Source: the human T2T-CHM13v2.0 reference genome, Homo sapiens
Direction: 5' to 3'
Length of the DNA: 64,000 nucleotides
NCBI GenBank assembly: GCA_009914755.4
Contig: CP086569.2
Coordinates: forward strand, 52,896,001 to 52,960,000
In this document: positions 37,039 through 56,219 of the stretch, piece after piece
How positions within the stretch are numbered: the stretch's first letter is position 1
How the letters are laid out: every line of letters starts with the position of its first letter
Notes under the pieces: generated by a model
Told to the model about the DNA's origin: nothing
Databases searched by the model: none
Seen by the model: only the letters and a program-made list of their open reading frames with translations
Position numbers and translations under genes: made by a program

Positions 37039-38570
37039 ATATTTTTTAAATGAAAAAAAATTTCAAAGGTACTCTGCTTGGTACAATAATCAAATGTATA
37101 AACTGAGGAATAAAACATAACCATGAAACCTACTTATAACTGCATATGGAAAATACAGAGGATAATTTTTTAAATAACATATTTTGAAAGCCTTAACTAG
37201 TAATTTGAAGAGTTGGCATTTGAAAGGCCAGTATGAATATACCTTCAAAGCAGCAACACAGGTTCCCCATGAGAAAAAGCAAACACAGGGAAAATAAAAA
37301 CACAAAGGTTCAATCTCTTCTGACCTTTGAAAGACACAGCACAGACAGTGGTCCTTAGGACGAAGAGCAGGAGACCCCTAATTCCGTCACCATGGCGATA
37401 GGGCATAAACATTGCTGGGTGAGGGCACAATCCACATTGTGAGGTCCAACTGCTGCCAGGAAGACAGGAGTGCTTTTACATAGACCGAAAAGTCATTGAA
37501 GGCTCAGAGTTTTGTTTCAAGAACTGAATCCCAAGCCCACACGTTATTAGGCTGCGCTTCTTAAAACAAGTTATGAGATGGGAAAAAGGGCACCCACAAA
37601 CATACGTATACATTATGTATATAATAATATACAGTGTCATATATATAATATATATAACCTATGTATAATATTGTTTTACATCCTGCATCTTATGTTATAT
37701 ATATTGTATAAAATATAATAATTGATAATATATAAGTTTTATAATTATACAATATGACATATAGTATATATTATAATTTATGACATATATAATATATGTT
37801 ATATGTCATATATAGAATATATTATACGGTTAATATACGTATTAAATATAAATTATACATTATATATATTATATATAATATATCTGTTATATATAATACC
37901 CATTATGCATAATATATATATTATGTCTATGTTATATATAGTATAAAACAACATATAATAATATATAATTGTATATATAAAATGCGACATATAATATATA
38001 TTATATTTTATAACATATGTAATATATATTATATATTATATATAATACGTTGTATGTATAATACCTATATTAAATATATATTATATGACTATGTTATTAA
38101 TTACATGTCACATGTGTTATATATTATATATTTTACATAGAATATACCGGTTACATACAATATATACTATGTTACCTATAATGTATAATTTATTACATGT
38201 AAAATAAGAATGCAATATATTATGTAAAATTTATAATATACCATATGTGGAATGTGATATATATAACATATAATATATGATATATGATATACAGTGTATG
38301 ATATATAACATACAATATATGATTCCTAATATATATGGTATACAATATATATTTTATGATATGTATTCTATATGTTTTATATTCTGTTATATATAACTAT
38401 TTGAAATTATATATAACTGTATAATATTTTATGTAAATATGTAATATAATATATATAACTATATAATATATTTTATATAACTATATATTATGTTATATAT
38501 ACTTTTATAACATAATTTACATAAAATATCATAATATAATATATATTATATTATTTCATATTACATAATA

Positions 38571-38590
38571 TATATTACATATAACTAGAT
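38571..38590. other. Junction of a ~175 bp deletion within the AT-rich module of unit 16 (36741-38984, 2244 bp instead of ~2420 bp). The deletion sits between 6-bp direct repeats (acatat).
   Basis: This unit reads tatattacatat|aactagataaacatg. Every other unit reads tatattacatatcacccaatataa...[~175 bp]...tttttatacatataactagataaacatg. The unit period drops to 2244 bp. Confidence 0.85.
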
Positions 38591-38961
38591 AAACATGTAA
38601 TTCTACATATTTTCATTTATAATATGTAGAATTATATAATCATATATAATTATTTATATTCTATAAAAAATTTTATCATTATATAAATTATAATATATAA
38701 AAATTATAATATGTACTACAAATATATATATTATATATCATATATGATATAGTACCTTTGTTATATATCATAATACATATAAATGTGTATTATGTTATCT
38801 ATAATTATATAATTTCATATATAAGATGTATAATATGTATCATATATTATATATGTTATGTAATATATATAGTATATATAAGATGACAAAGGATAAATAT
38901 TATATACTATGACATATAAAATATATGAGGTTATATGTTACATATAAGGCATAGCACATAA

Positions 38962-39282
<321 letters not shown>

Positions 39283-41381
39283 ATATTTTTTAAATGAAAA
39301 AAAATTTCAAAGGTACTCTGCTTGGTACAATAATCAAATGTATAAACTGAGGAATAAAACATAACCATGAAACCTACTTATAACTGCATATGGAAAATAC
39401 AGAGGATAATTTTTTAAATAACATATTTTGAAAGCCTTAACTAGTAATTTGAAGAGTTGGCATTTGAAAGGCCAGTATGAATATACCTTCAAAGCAGCAA
39501 CACAGGTTCCCCATGAGAAAAAGCAAACACAGGGAAAATAAAAACACAAAGGTTCAATCTCTTCTGACCTTTGAAAGACACAGCACAGACAGTGGTCCTT
39601 AGGACGAAGAGCAGGAGACCCCTAATTCCGTCACCATGGCGATAGGGCATAAACACTGCTGGGTGAGGGCACAATCCACATTGTGAGGTCCAACTGCTGC
39701 CAGGAAGACAGGAGTGCTTTTACATAGACCGAAAGGTCATTGAAGGCTCAGAGTTTTGTTTCAAGAACTGAATCCCAAGCCCACACGTTATTAGGCTGCG
39801 CTTCTTAAAACAAGTTATGAGATGGGAAAAAGGGCACCCACAAACATACCTATACATTATGTATATAATAATATACAGTGTCATATATATAATATATATA
39901 ACCTATGTTTAATATTGTTTTACATCCTGCATCTTATGTTATATATATTGTATAAAATATAATAATTGATAATATATAAGTTTTATAATTATACAATATG
40001 ACATATAGTATATATTATAATTTATGACATATATAATATATGTTATATGTCATATATAGAATATATTATACGGTTAATATACGTATTAAATATAAATTAT
40101 ACATTATATATATTATATATAATATATCTGTTATATATAATAACCATTATGCATAATATATATATTATGTCTATGTTATATATAGTATAAAACAACATAT
40201 AATAATATATAATTGTATATGTAAAATGCGACATATAATATATATTATATTTTATAACATATGTAATATATATTTTATATTATATATAATACGTTGTATG
40301 TATAATACCTATATTAAATATATATTATATGACTATGTTATTAATTACATGTCACATGTGTTATATATTATATATTTTACATAGAATATACCGGTTGCAT
40401 ACAATATATACTATGTTACCTATAATGTATAATTTATTACATGTAAAATAAAGAATGCAATATATTATGTATAATTTATAATATACCATATGTGGAATGT
40501 GATATATATAACATATAATATATGATATATGATATACAGTATATGATATATAACATACGATATATGATTCCTAATATATATGGTATACAATATATATTTT
40601 ATGATATGTATTCTATGTGTTTTATATTCTGTTATATATAACTATTTGAAATTATATATAACTGTATAATATTTTATGTAAATATGTAATATGATATATA
40701 TAACTATATAATATATTATATATAACTATATATTATGTTATATATACTTTTATAACATAATTTACATAAAATATCATAATATAATATATATTATATTATT
40801 TCATATTACATAATATATATTACATATCACCCAATATAACTAACATACATAATATTATAATATAGATTATATTGTGTTATATTAAATATCATATATATCA
40901 TGTATCATATATTCTATAATATATATTACACATTATATAATATGTATGTTGTCTATTATGTGATATATATAACTATATATATAATTATATTTTTATACAT
41001 ATAACTAGATAAACATGTAATTCTACATATTTTCATTTATAATATGTAGAATTATATAATCATATATAATTATTTATATTCTATAAAAAATTTTATCATT
41101 ATATAAATTATAATATATAAAAATTATAATATGTACTACAAATATATATATTATATATCATATATGATATAGTACCTTTGTTATATATCATAATACATAT
41201 AAATGTGTATTATGTTATCTATAATTATATAATTTCATATATAAGATGTATAATATGTATCATATATTATATATGTTATGTAATATATATAGTATATATA
41301 AGATGACAAAGGATAAATATTATATACTATGACATATAAAATATATGATGTTATATGTTACATATAAGGCATAGCACATAA

Positions 41382-41702
<321 letters not shown>

Positions 41703-43824
41703 ATATTTTTTAAATGAAAAAAAATTTCAAAGGTACTCTGCTTGGTACAATAATCAAATGTATAAACTGAGGAATAAAACATAACCATGAAACCTACTTA
41801 TAACTGCATATGGAAAATACAGAGGATAATTTTTTAAATAACATATTTTGAAAGCCTTAACTAGTAATTTGAAGAGTTGGCATTTGAAAGGCCAGTATGA
41901 ATATACCTTCAAAGCAGCAACACAGGTTCCCCATGAGAAAAAGCAAACACAGGGAAAATAAAAACACAAAGGTTCAATCTCTTCTGACCTTTGAAAGACA
42001 CAGCACAGACAGTGGTCCTTAGGACGAAGAGCAGGAGACCCCTAATTCCGTCACCATGGCGATAGGGCATAAACACTGCTGGGTGAGGGCACAATCCACA
42101 TTGTGAGGTCCAACTGCTGCCAGGAAGACAGGAGTGCTTTTACATAGACCGAAAGGTCATTGAAGGCTCAGAGTTTTGTTTCAAGAACTGAATCCCAAGC
42201 CCACACGTTATTAGGCTGCGCTTCTTAAAACAAGTTATGAGATGGGAAAAAGGGCACCCACAAACATACGTATACATTATGTATATAATAATATACAGTG
42301 TCATATATATAATATATATAACCTATGTATAATATTGTTTTACATCCTGCATCTTATGTTATATATATTGTATAAAATATAATAATTGATAATATATAAG
42401 TTTTATAATTATACAATATGACATATAGTATATATTATAATTTATGACATATATAATATATGTTATATGTCATATATAGAATATATTATACGGTTAATAT
42501 ACGTATTAAATATAAATTATACATTATATATATTATATATAATATATCTGTTATATATAATAACCATTATGCATAATATATATATTATGTCTATGTTATA
42601 TATAGTATAAAACAACATATAATAATATATAATTGTATATGTAAAATGCGACATATAATATATATTATATTTTATAACATATGTAATATATATTTTATAT
42701 TATATATAATACGTTGTATGTATAATACCTATATTAAATATATATTATATGACTATGTTATTAATTACATGTCACATGTGTTATATATTATATATTTTAC
42801 ATAGAATATACCGGTTGCATACAATATATACTATGTTACCTATAATGTATAATTTATTACATGTAAAATAAAGAATGCAATATATTATGTATAATTTATA
42901 ATATACCATATGTGGAATGTGATATATATAACATATAATATATGATATATGATATACAGTATATGATATATAACATACGATATATGATTCCTAATATATA
43001 TGGTATACAATATATATTTTATGATATGTATTCTATGTGTTTTATATTCTGTTATATATAACTATTTGAAATTATATATAACTGTATAATATTTTATGTA
43101 AATATGTAATATAATATATATAACTATATAATATATTATATATAACTATATATTATGTTATATATACTTTTATAACATAATTTACATAAAATATCATAAT
43201 ATAATATATATTATATTATTTCATATTACATAATATATATTACATATCACCCAATATAACTAACATACATAATATTATAATATAGATTATATTGTGTTAT
43301 ATTAAATATCATATATATCATGTATCATATATTCTATAATATATATTACACATTATATAATATGTATGTTGTCTATTATGTGATATATATAACTATATAT
43401 ATAATTATATTTTTATACATATAACTAGATAAACATGTAATTCTACATATTTTCATTTATAATATGTAGAATTATATAATCATATATAATTATTTATATT
43501 CTATAAAAAATTTTATCATTATATAAATTATAATATATAAAAATTATAATATGTACTACAAATATATATATTATATATCATATATGATATAGTACCTTTG
43601 TTATATATCATAATACATATAAATGTGTATTATCTTATCTATAATTATATAATTTCATATATAAGATGTATAATATGTAACATATATTATATATGTTATG
43701 TAATATATATAGTATATATAAGATGACACAGGATAAATATTATATACTATGACATATAAAATATATCAGGTTATATGTTACATATAAGGCATAGCACATA
43801 ACATGTAATATATATCATATATAA

Positions 43825-44122
43825 TTTTTTTTTAGACGGAATCTTGTCCTGTTGCACAGGGTGGGGTACAATGGCGCCATCTTTGCTCACTGCAACTTCT
43901 GCCTCACGGGTCCAAGCGATTGTCCTCCCTCAGCCTCCCAGGTAGCTGGGACTACACCACACTGGGACTACACCAGCTGCCACCATGCCTAGCTAATTAT
44001 TTGGATTTTTAGTAGTGACAGCGTTTCACTGTATTGGCCAGGATGGTCTTGATCTCTTCACCTTGTGATCCCCTTGCCTTGGCCTCCAAATTTGCTGGGA
44101 TTACAGGCCTGAGCCGAGATCC
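43825..44122 (-). mobile_element. Ancient Alu, antisense (unit 19)
   Basis: Periodic copy; private variants (agacgga, ctaattatttgg, gagccgagatcc). Confidence 0.9.
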
Positions 44123-46218
44123 ATATTTTTTAAATGAAAAAAAATTTCAAAGGTACTCTGCTTGGTACAATAATCAAATGTATAAACTGAGGAATAAAAC
44201 ATAACCATGAAACCTACTTATAACTGCATATGGAAAATACAGAGGATAATTTTTTAAATAACATATTTTGAAAGCCTTAACTAGTAATTTGAAGAGCTGG
44301 CATTTGAAAGGCCAGTATGAATATACCTTCAAAGCAGCAACACAGGTTCCCCATGAGAAAAACAAACACAGGGAAAATAAAAACACAAAGGTTCAATCTC
44401 TTCTGACCTTTGAAAGACACAGCACAGACAGTGGTCCTTAGGACGAAGAGCAGGAGACCCCTAATTCCGTCACCATGGCGATAGGGCATAAACATTGCTG
44501 GGTGAGGGCACAATCCACATTGTGAGGTCCAACTGCTGCCAGGAAGACAGGAGTGCCTTTACATAGACCGAAAGGTCATTGAAGGCTCAGAGTTTTGTTT
44601 CAAGAACTGAATCCCAAGCCCACACGTTATTAGGCTGCGCTTCTTAAAACAAGTTATGAGATGGGAAAAAGGGCACCCACAAACATACGTATACATTATG
44701 TATATAATAATATACAGTATCATATATATAATATATATAACCTATGTATAATATTGTTTTACATCCTGCATCTTATGTTATATATATTGTATAAAATATA
44801 ATAATTGATAATATATAAGTTTTATAATTATACAATATGACATATAGTATATATTATAATTTATGACATATATAATATATGTTATATGTCATATATAGAA
44901 TATATTATACGGTTAATATACGTATTAAATATAAATTATACATTATATATATTATATATAATATATCTGTTATATATAATACCCATTATGCATAATATAT
45001 ATATTATGTCTATGTTATATATAGTATAAAACAACATATAATAATATATAATTTTATATATAAAATGCGACATATAATATATATTATATTTTATAACATA
45101 TGTAATATATATTATATATTATATATAATACGTTGTATGTATAATACCTATATTAAATATATATTATATGACTATGTTATTAATTACATGTCACATGTGT
45201 TATATATTATATATTTTACATAGAATATACCGGTTACATACAATATATACTATGTTACCTATAATGTATAATTTATTACATGTAAAATAAAGAATGCAAT
45301 ATATTATGTAAAATTTATAATATACCATATGTGAAATGTGATATATATAACATATAATATATGATATATGATATACAGTGTATGATATATAACATACAAT
45401 ATATGATTCCTAATATATATGGTATACAATATATATTTTATGATATGTATTCTATATGTTTTATATTCTGTTATATATAACTATTTGAAATTATATATAA
45501 CTGTATAATATTTTATGTAAATATGTAATATAATATATATAACTATATAATATATTTTATATAACTATATATTATGTTATATATACTTTTATAACATAAT
45601 TTACATAAAATATCATAATATAATATATATTATATTATTTCATATTACATAATATATATTACATATCACCCAATATAACTAACATACATAATATTATAAT
45701 ATAGATTATATTATGTTATATTAAATATCATATATATCATGTATCATATATTCTATAGTATATATTACACATTATATAATATGTGTGTTGTCTATTATGT
45801 GATATATATAACAATATATATAATTATATTTTTATACATATAACTAGATAAACATGTAATTCTACAAATTTTCATTTATAATATGTAGAATTATATAATC
45901 ATATATAATTATTTATATTCTATAAAAAATTTTATCATTATATATATTATAATATATAAAAATTATAATATGTACTACAAATATATATTATATATCATAT
46001 ATGATATAGTACCTTTGTCATATATCATAATACATATAAATGTGTATTATGTTATCTATAATTATATAATTTCATATATAAGATGTATAATATGTATCAT
46101 ATATTATATATGTTATGTAATATATATAGTATATATAAGATGACACAGGATAAATATTATGTACTATGACATATAAAATATATCAGGTTATATGTTACAT
46201 ATAAGGCATAGCACATAA

Positions 46219-46539
<321 letters not shown>

Positions 46540-48638
46540 ATATTTTTTAAATGAAAAAAAATTTCAAAGGTACTCTGCTTGGTACAGTAATCAAATGTAT
46601 ATACTGAGGAATAAAACATAACCATGAAACCTACTTATAACTGCATATGGAAAATACAGAGGATAATTTTTTAAATAACATATTTTGAAAGCCTTAACTA
46701 GTAATTAGAAGAGTTGGCATTTGAAAGGCCAGTATGAATATACCTTCAAAGCAGCAACACAGGTTCCCCATGAGAAAAAGCAAACACAGGGAAAATAAAA
46801 ACACAAAGGTTCAATCTCTTCTGACCTTTGAAAGACACAGCACAGACAGTGGTCCTTAGGACGAAGAGCAGGAGACCCCTAATTCCGTCACCATGGCGAT
46901 AGGGCATAAACATTGCTGGGTGAGGGCACAATCCACATTGTGAGGTCCAACTGCTGCCAGGAAGACAGGAGTGCTTTTACATACACCGAAAGGTCATTGA
47001 AGGCTCAGAGTTTTGTTTCAAGAACTGAATCCCAAGCCCACACGTTATTAGGCTGCGCTTCTTAAAACAAGTTATGAGATGGGAAAAAGGGCACCCACAA
47101 ACATACGTATACATTATGTATATAATAATATACAGTATCATATATATAATATATATAACCTATGTATAATATTGTTTTACATCCTGCATCTTATGTTATA
47201 TATATTGTATAAAATATAATAATTGATAACATATAAGTTTTATAATTATACAATATGACATATAGTATATATTATAATTTATGACATATATAATATATGT
47301 TATATGTCATATATAGAATATATTATACGGTTAATATACGTATTAAATATAAATTATACATTATATATATTATATATAATATATCTGTTATATATAATAA
47401 CCATTATGCATAATATATATATTATGTCTATGTTATATATAGTATAAAACAACATATAATAATATATAATTGTATATATAAAATGCGACATATAATATAT
47501 ATTATATTTTATAACATATGTAATATATATTTTATATTATATATAATACGTTGTATGTATAATACCTATATTAAATATATATTATATGACTATGTTATTA
47601 ATTACATGTCACATGTGTTATATATTATATATTTTACATAGAATATACCGGTTACATACAATATATACTATGTTACCTATAATGTATAATTTATTACATG
47701 TAAAATAAAGAATGCAATATATTATGTAAAATTTATAATATACCATATGTGAAATGTGATATATATAACATATAATATATGATATATGATATACAGTGTA
47801 TGATATATAACATACAATATATGATTCCTAATATATATGGTATACAATATATATTTTATGATATGTATTCTATATGTTTTATATTCTGTTATATATAACT
47901 ATTTGAAATTATATATAACTGTATAATATTTTATGTAAATATGTAATATAATATATATAACTATATAATATATTTTATATAACTATATATTATGTTATAT
48001 ATACTTTTATAACATAATTTACATAAAATATCATAATATAATATATATTATATTATTTCATATTACATAATATATATTACATATCACCCAATATAACTAA
48101 CATACATAATATTATAATATAGATTATATTATGTTATATTAAATATCATATATATCATGTATCATATATTCTATAATATATATTACACATTATATAATAT
48201 GTATGTTGTCTATTATGTGATATATATAACAATAAATATAATTATATTTTTATACATATAACTAGATAAACATGTAATTCTACATATTTTCATTTATAAT
48301 ATGTAGAATTATATAATCATATATAATTATTTATATTCTATAAAAAATTTTATCATTATATAAATTATAATATATAAAAATTATAATATGTACTACAAAT
48401 ATATATATTATATATCATATATGATATAGTACCTTTGTTATATATCATAATACATATAAATGTGTATTATGTTATCTATAATTATATAATTTCATATATA
48501 AGATGTATAATATGTATCATATATTATATATGTTATGTAATATATATAGTATATATAAGATGACACAGGATAAATATTATATACTATGACATATAAAATA
48601 TATGAGGTTATATGTTACATATAAGGCATAGCACATAA

Positions 48639-48959
<321 letters not shown>

Positions 48960-51058
48960 ATATTTTTTAAATGAAAAAAAATTTCAAAGGTACTCTGCTT
49001 GGTACAATAATCAAATGTATAAACTGAGGAATAAAACATAACCATGAAACCTACTTATAACTGCATATGGAAAATACAGAGGATAATTTTTTAAATAACA
49101 TATTTTGAAAGCCTTAACTAGTAATTTGAAGAGTTGGCATTTGAAAGGCCAGTATGAATATACCTTCAAAGCAGCAACACAGGTTCCCCATGAGAAAAAG
49201 CAAACACAGGGAAAATAAAAACACAAAGGTTCAATCTCTTCTGACCTTTGAAAGACACAGCACAGACAGTGGTCCTTAGGACGAAGAGCAGGAGACCCCT
49301 AATTCCGTCACCATGGCGATAGGGCATAAACATTGCTGGGTGAGGGCACAATCCACATTGTGAGGTCCAACTGCTGCCAGGAAGACAGGAGTGCTTTTAC
49401 ATAGACCGAAAGGTCATTGAAGGCTCAGAGTTTTGTTTCAAGAACTGAATCCCAAGCCCACACGTTATTAGGCTGCGCTTCTTAAAACAAGTTATGAGAT
49501 GGGAAAAAGGGCACCCACAAACATACGTATACATTATGTATATAATAATGTACAGTATCATATATATAATATATATAACCTATGTATAATATTGTTTTAC
49601 ATCCTGCATCTTATGTTATATATATTGTATAAAATATAATAATTGATAATATATAAGTTTTATAATTATACAATATGACATATAGTATATATTATAATTT
49701 ATGACATATATAATATATGTTATATATCATATATAGAATATATTATACGGTTAATATACGTATTAAATATAAATTATACATTATATATATTATATATAAT
49801 ATATCTGTTATATATAATACCCATTATGCATAATATATATATTATGTCTATGTTATATATAGTATAAAACAACATATAATAATATATAATTGTATATATA
49901 AAATGCGACATATAATATATATTATATTTTATAACATATGTAATATATATTATATATTATATATAATACGTTGTATGTATAATACCTATATTAAATATAT
50001 ATTATATGACTATGTTATTAATTACATGTCACATGTGTTATATATTATATATTTTACATAGAATATACCGGTTACATACAATATATACTATGTTACCTAT
50101 AATGTATAATTTATTACATGTAAAATAAAGAATGCAATATATTATGTATAATTTATAATATACCATATGTGGAATGTGATATATATAACATATAATATAT
50201 AATATATGATATACAGTATATGATATATAACATACAATATATGATTCCTAATATATATGGTATACAATATATATTTTATGATATGTATTCTATATGTTTT
50301 ATATTCTGTTATATATAACTATTTGAAATTATATATAACTGTATAATATTTTATGTAAATATGTAATATAATATATATAACTATATAATATATTATATAT
50401 AACTATATATTATGTTATATATACTTTTATAACATAATTTACATAAAATATCATAATATAATATATATTATATTATTTCATATTACATAATATATATTAC
50501 ATATCACCCAATATAACTAACATACATAATATTATAATATAGATTATATTATGTTATATTAAATATCATATATATCATGTATCATATATTCTATAATATA
50601 TATTACACATTATATAATATGTATGTTGTCTATTATGTGATATATACAACTATATATATAATTATATTTTTATACATATAACTAGATAAACATGTAATTC
50701 TACATATTTTCATTTATAATATGTAGAATTATATAATCATATATAATTATTTATATTCTATAAAAAATTTTATCATTATATAAATTATAATATATAAAAA
50801 TTATAATATGTACTACAAATATATATATTATATATCATATATGATATAGTACCTTTGTTATATATCATAATACATATAAATGTGTATTATGTTATCTATA
50901 ATTATATAATTTCATATATAAGATGTATAATATGTATCATATATTATATATGTTATGTAATATATATAGTATATATAAGATGACACAGGATAAATATTAT
51001 ATACTATGACATATAAAATATATGAGGTTATATGTTACATATAAGGCATAGCACATAA

Positions 51059-51379
<321 letters not shown>

Positions 51380-53478
51380 ATATTTTTTAAATGAAAAAAA
51401 ATTTCAAAGGTACTCTGCTTGGTACAATAATCAAATGTATAAACTGAGGAATAAAACATAACCATGAAACCTACTTATAACTGCATATGGAAAATACAGA
51501 GGATAATTTTTTAAATAACATATTTTGAAAGCCTTAACTAGTAATTTGAAGAGCTGGCATTTGAAAGGCCAGTATGAATATACCTTCAAAGCAGCAACAC
51601 AGGTTCCCCATGAGAAAAAGCAAACACAGGGAAAATAAAAACACAAAGGTTCAATCTCTTCTGACCTTTGAAAGACACAGCACAGACAGTGGTCCTTAGG
51701 ACGAAGAGCAGGAGACCCCTAATTCCGTCACCATGGCGATAGGGCATAAACATTGCTGGGTGAGGGCACAATCCACATTGTGAGGTCCAACTGCTGCCAG
51801 GAAGACAGGAGTGCTTTTACATAGACCGAAAGGTCATTGAAGGCTCAGAGTTTTGTTTCAAGAACTGAATCCCAAACCCACACGTTATTAGGCTGCGCTT
51901 CTTAAAACAAGTTATGAGATGGGAAAAAGGGCACCCACAAACATACGTATACATTATGTATATAATAATATACAGTATCATATATATAATATATATAACC
52001 TATGTATAATATTGTTTTACATCCTGCATCTTATGTTATATATATTGTATAAAATATAATAATTGATAATATATAAGTTTTATAATTATACAATATGACA
52101 TATAGTATATATTATAATTTATGACATATATAATATATGTTATATGTCATATATAGAATATATTATACGGTTAATATACGTATTAAATATAAATTATACA
52201 TTATATATATTATATATAATATATCTGTTATATATAATACCCATTATGCATAATATATATATTATGTCTATGTTATATATAGTATAAAACAACATATAAT
52301 AATATATAATTGTATATATAAAATGCGACATAGAATATATATTATATTTTATAACATATGTAATATATATTATATATTATATATAATACGTTGTATGTAT
52401 AATACCTATATTAAATATATATTATATGACTATGTTATTAATTACATGTCACATGTGTTATATATTATATATTTTACATAGAATATACCGGTTACATACA
52501 ATATATACTATGTTACCTATAATGTATAATTTATTACATGTAAAATAAAGAATGCAATATATTATGTATAATTTATAATATACCATATGTGGAATGTGAT
52601 ATATATAACATATAATATATGATATATGATATACAGTATATGATATATAACATAAAATATATGATTCCTAATATATATGGTATACAATATATATTTTATG
52701 ATATGTATTCTATATGTTTTATATTCTGTTATATATAACTATTTGAAATTATATATAACTGTATAATATTTTATGTAAATATGTAATATAATATATATAA
52801 CTATATATTATATTATATATAACTATATATTATGTTATATATACTTTTATAACATAATTTACATAAAATATCATAATATAATATATATTATATTATTTCA
52901 TATTACATAATATATATTACATATCACCCAATATAACTAACATACATAATATTATAATATAGATTATATTGTGTTATATTAAATATCATATATATCATGT
53001 ATCATATATTCTATAATATATATTACACATTATATAATATGTATGTTGTGTATTATGTGATATATATAACTATATATATAATTATATTTTTATACATATA
53101 ACTAGATAAACATGTAATTCTACATATTTTCATTTATAATATGTAGAATTATATAATCATATATAATTATTTATATTCTATAAAAAATTTTATCATTATA
53201 TAAATTATAATATATAAAAATTATAATATGTACTACAAATATATATATTATATATCATATATGATATAGTACCTTTGTTATATATCATAATACATATAAA
53301 TGTGTATTATGTTATCTATAAATATATAATTTCATATATAAGATGTATAATATGTATCATATATTATATATGTTATGTACTATATATAGTATATATAAGA
53401 TGACACAGGATAAATATTATATACTATGACATATAAAATATATGAGGTTATATGTTACATATAAGGCATAGCACATAA

Positions 53479-53799
<321 letters not shown>

Positions 53800-55921
53800 A
53801 TATTTTTTAAATGAAAAAAAATTTCAAAGGTACTCTGCTTGGTACAATAATCAAATGTATAAACTGAGGAATAAAACATAACCATGAAACCTACTTATAA
53901 CTGCATATGGAAAATACAGAGGATAATTTTTTAAATAACATATTTTGAAAGCCTTAACTAGTAATTTGAAGAGTTGGCATTTGAAAGGCCAGTATGAATA
54001 TACCTTCAAAGCAGCAACACAGGTTCCCCATGAGAAAAAGCAAACACAGGGAAAATAAAAACACAAAGGTTCAATCTCTTCTGACCTTTGAAAGACACAG
54101 CACAGACAGTGGTCCTTAGGACGAAGAGCAGGAGACCCCTAATTCCGTCACCATGGCGATAGGGCATAAACATTGCTGGGTGAGGGCACAATCCACATTG
54201 TGAGGTCCAACTGCTGCCAGGAAGACAGGAGTGCTTTTACATAGACCGAAAGGTCATTGAAGGCTCAGAGTTTTGTTTCAAGAACTGAATCCCAAGCCCA
54301 CACGTTATTAGGCTGCGCTTCTTAAAACAAGTTATGAGATGGGAAAAAGGGCACCCACAAACATACGTATACATTATGTATATAATAATGTACAGTATCA
54401 TATATATAATATATATAACCTATGTATAATATTGTTTTACATCCTGCATCTTATGTTATATATATTGTATAAAATATAATAATTGATAATATATAAGTTT
54501 TATAATTATACAATATGACATATAGTATATATTATAATTTATGACATATATAATATATGTTATATATCATATATAGAATATATTATACGGTTAATATACG
54601 TATTAAATATAAATTATACATTATATATATTATATATAATATATCTGTTATATATAATACCCATTATGCATAATATATATATTATGTCTATGTTATATAT
54701 AGTATAAAACAACATATAATAATATATAATTGTATATATAAAATGCGACATATAATATATATTATATTTTATAACATATGTAATATATATTATATATTAT
54801 ATATAATACGTTGTATGTATAATACCTATATTAAATATATATTATATGACTATGTTATTAATTACATGTCACATGTGTTATATATTATATATTTTACATA
54901 GAATATACCGGTTACATACAATATATACTATGTTACCTATAATGTATAATTTATTACATGTAAAATAAAGAATGCAATATATTATGTATAATTTATAATA
55001 TACCATATGTGGAATGTGATATATATAACATATAATATATAATATATGATATACAGTATATGATATATAACATACAATATATGATTCCTAATATATATGG
55101 TATACAATATATATTTTATGATATGTATTCTATATGTTTTATATTCTGTTATATATAACTATTTGAAATTATATATAACTGTATAATATTTTATGTAAAT
55201 ATGTAATATAATATATATAACTATATAATATATTATATATAACTATATATTATGTTATATATACTTTTATAACATAATTTACATAAAATATCATAATATA
55301 ATATATATTATATTATTTCATATTACATAATATATATTACATATCACCCAATATAACTAACATACATAATATTATAATATAGATTATATTATGTTATATT
55401 AAATATCATATATATCATGTATCATATATTCTATAATATATATTACACATTATATAATATGTATGTTGTCTATTATGTGATATATATAACTATATATATA
55501 ATTATATTTTTATACATATAACTAGATAAACATGTAATTCTACATATTTTCATTTATAATATGTAGAATTATATAATCATATATAATTATTTATATTCTA
55601 TAAAAAATTTTATCATTATATAAATTATAATATATAAAAATTATAATATGTACTACAAATATATATATTATATATCATATATGATATAGTACCTTTGTTA
55701 TATATCATAATACATATAAATGTGTATTATCTTATCTATAATTATATAATTTCATATATAAGATGTATAATATGTATCATATATTATATATGTTATGTAA
55801 TATATATAGTATATATAAGATGACACAGGATAAATATTATATACTATGACATATAAAATATATCAGGTTATATGTTACATATAAGGCATAGCACATAACA
55901 TGTAATATATATCATATATAA

Positions 55922-56219
55922 TTTTTTTTTAGACAGAATCTTGTCCTGTTGCACAGGGTGGGGTACAATGGCGCCATCTTTGCTCACTGCAACTTCTGCC
56001 TCACGGGTCCAAGCGATTGTCCTCCCTCAGACTCCCAGGTAGCTGGGACTACACCACACTGGGACTACACCAGCTGCCACCATGCCTAGCTAATTATTTG
56101 GATTTTTAGTAGTGACAGCGTTTCACTGTATTGGCCAGGATGGTCTTGATCTCTTCACCTTGTGATCCCCTTGCCTTGGCCTCCAAATTTGCTGGGATTA
56201 CAGGCCTGAGCCAAGATCC
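55922..56219 (-). mobile_element. Ancient Alu, antisense (unit 24)
   Basis: Periodic copy. Confidence 0.9.
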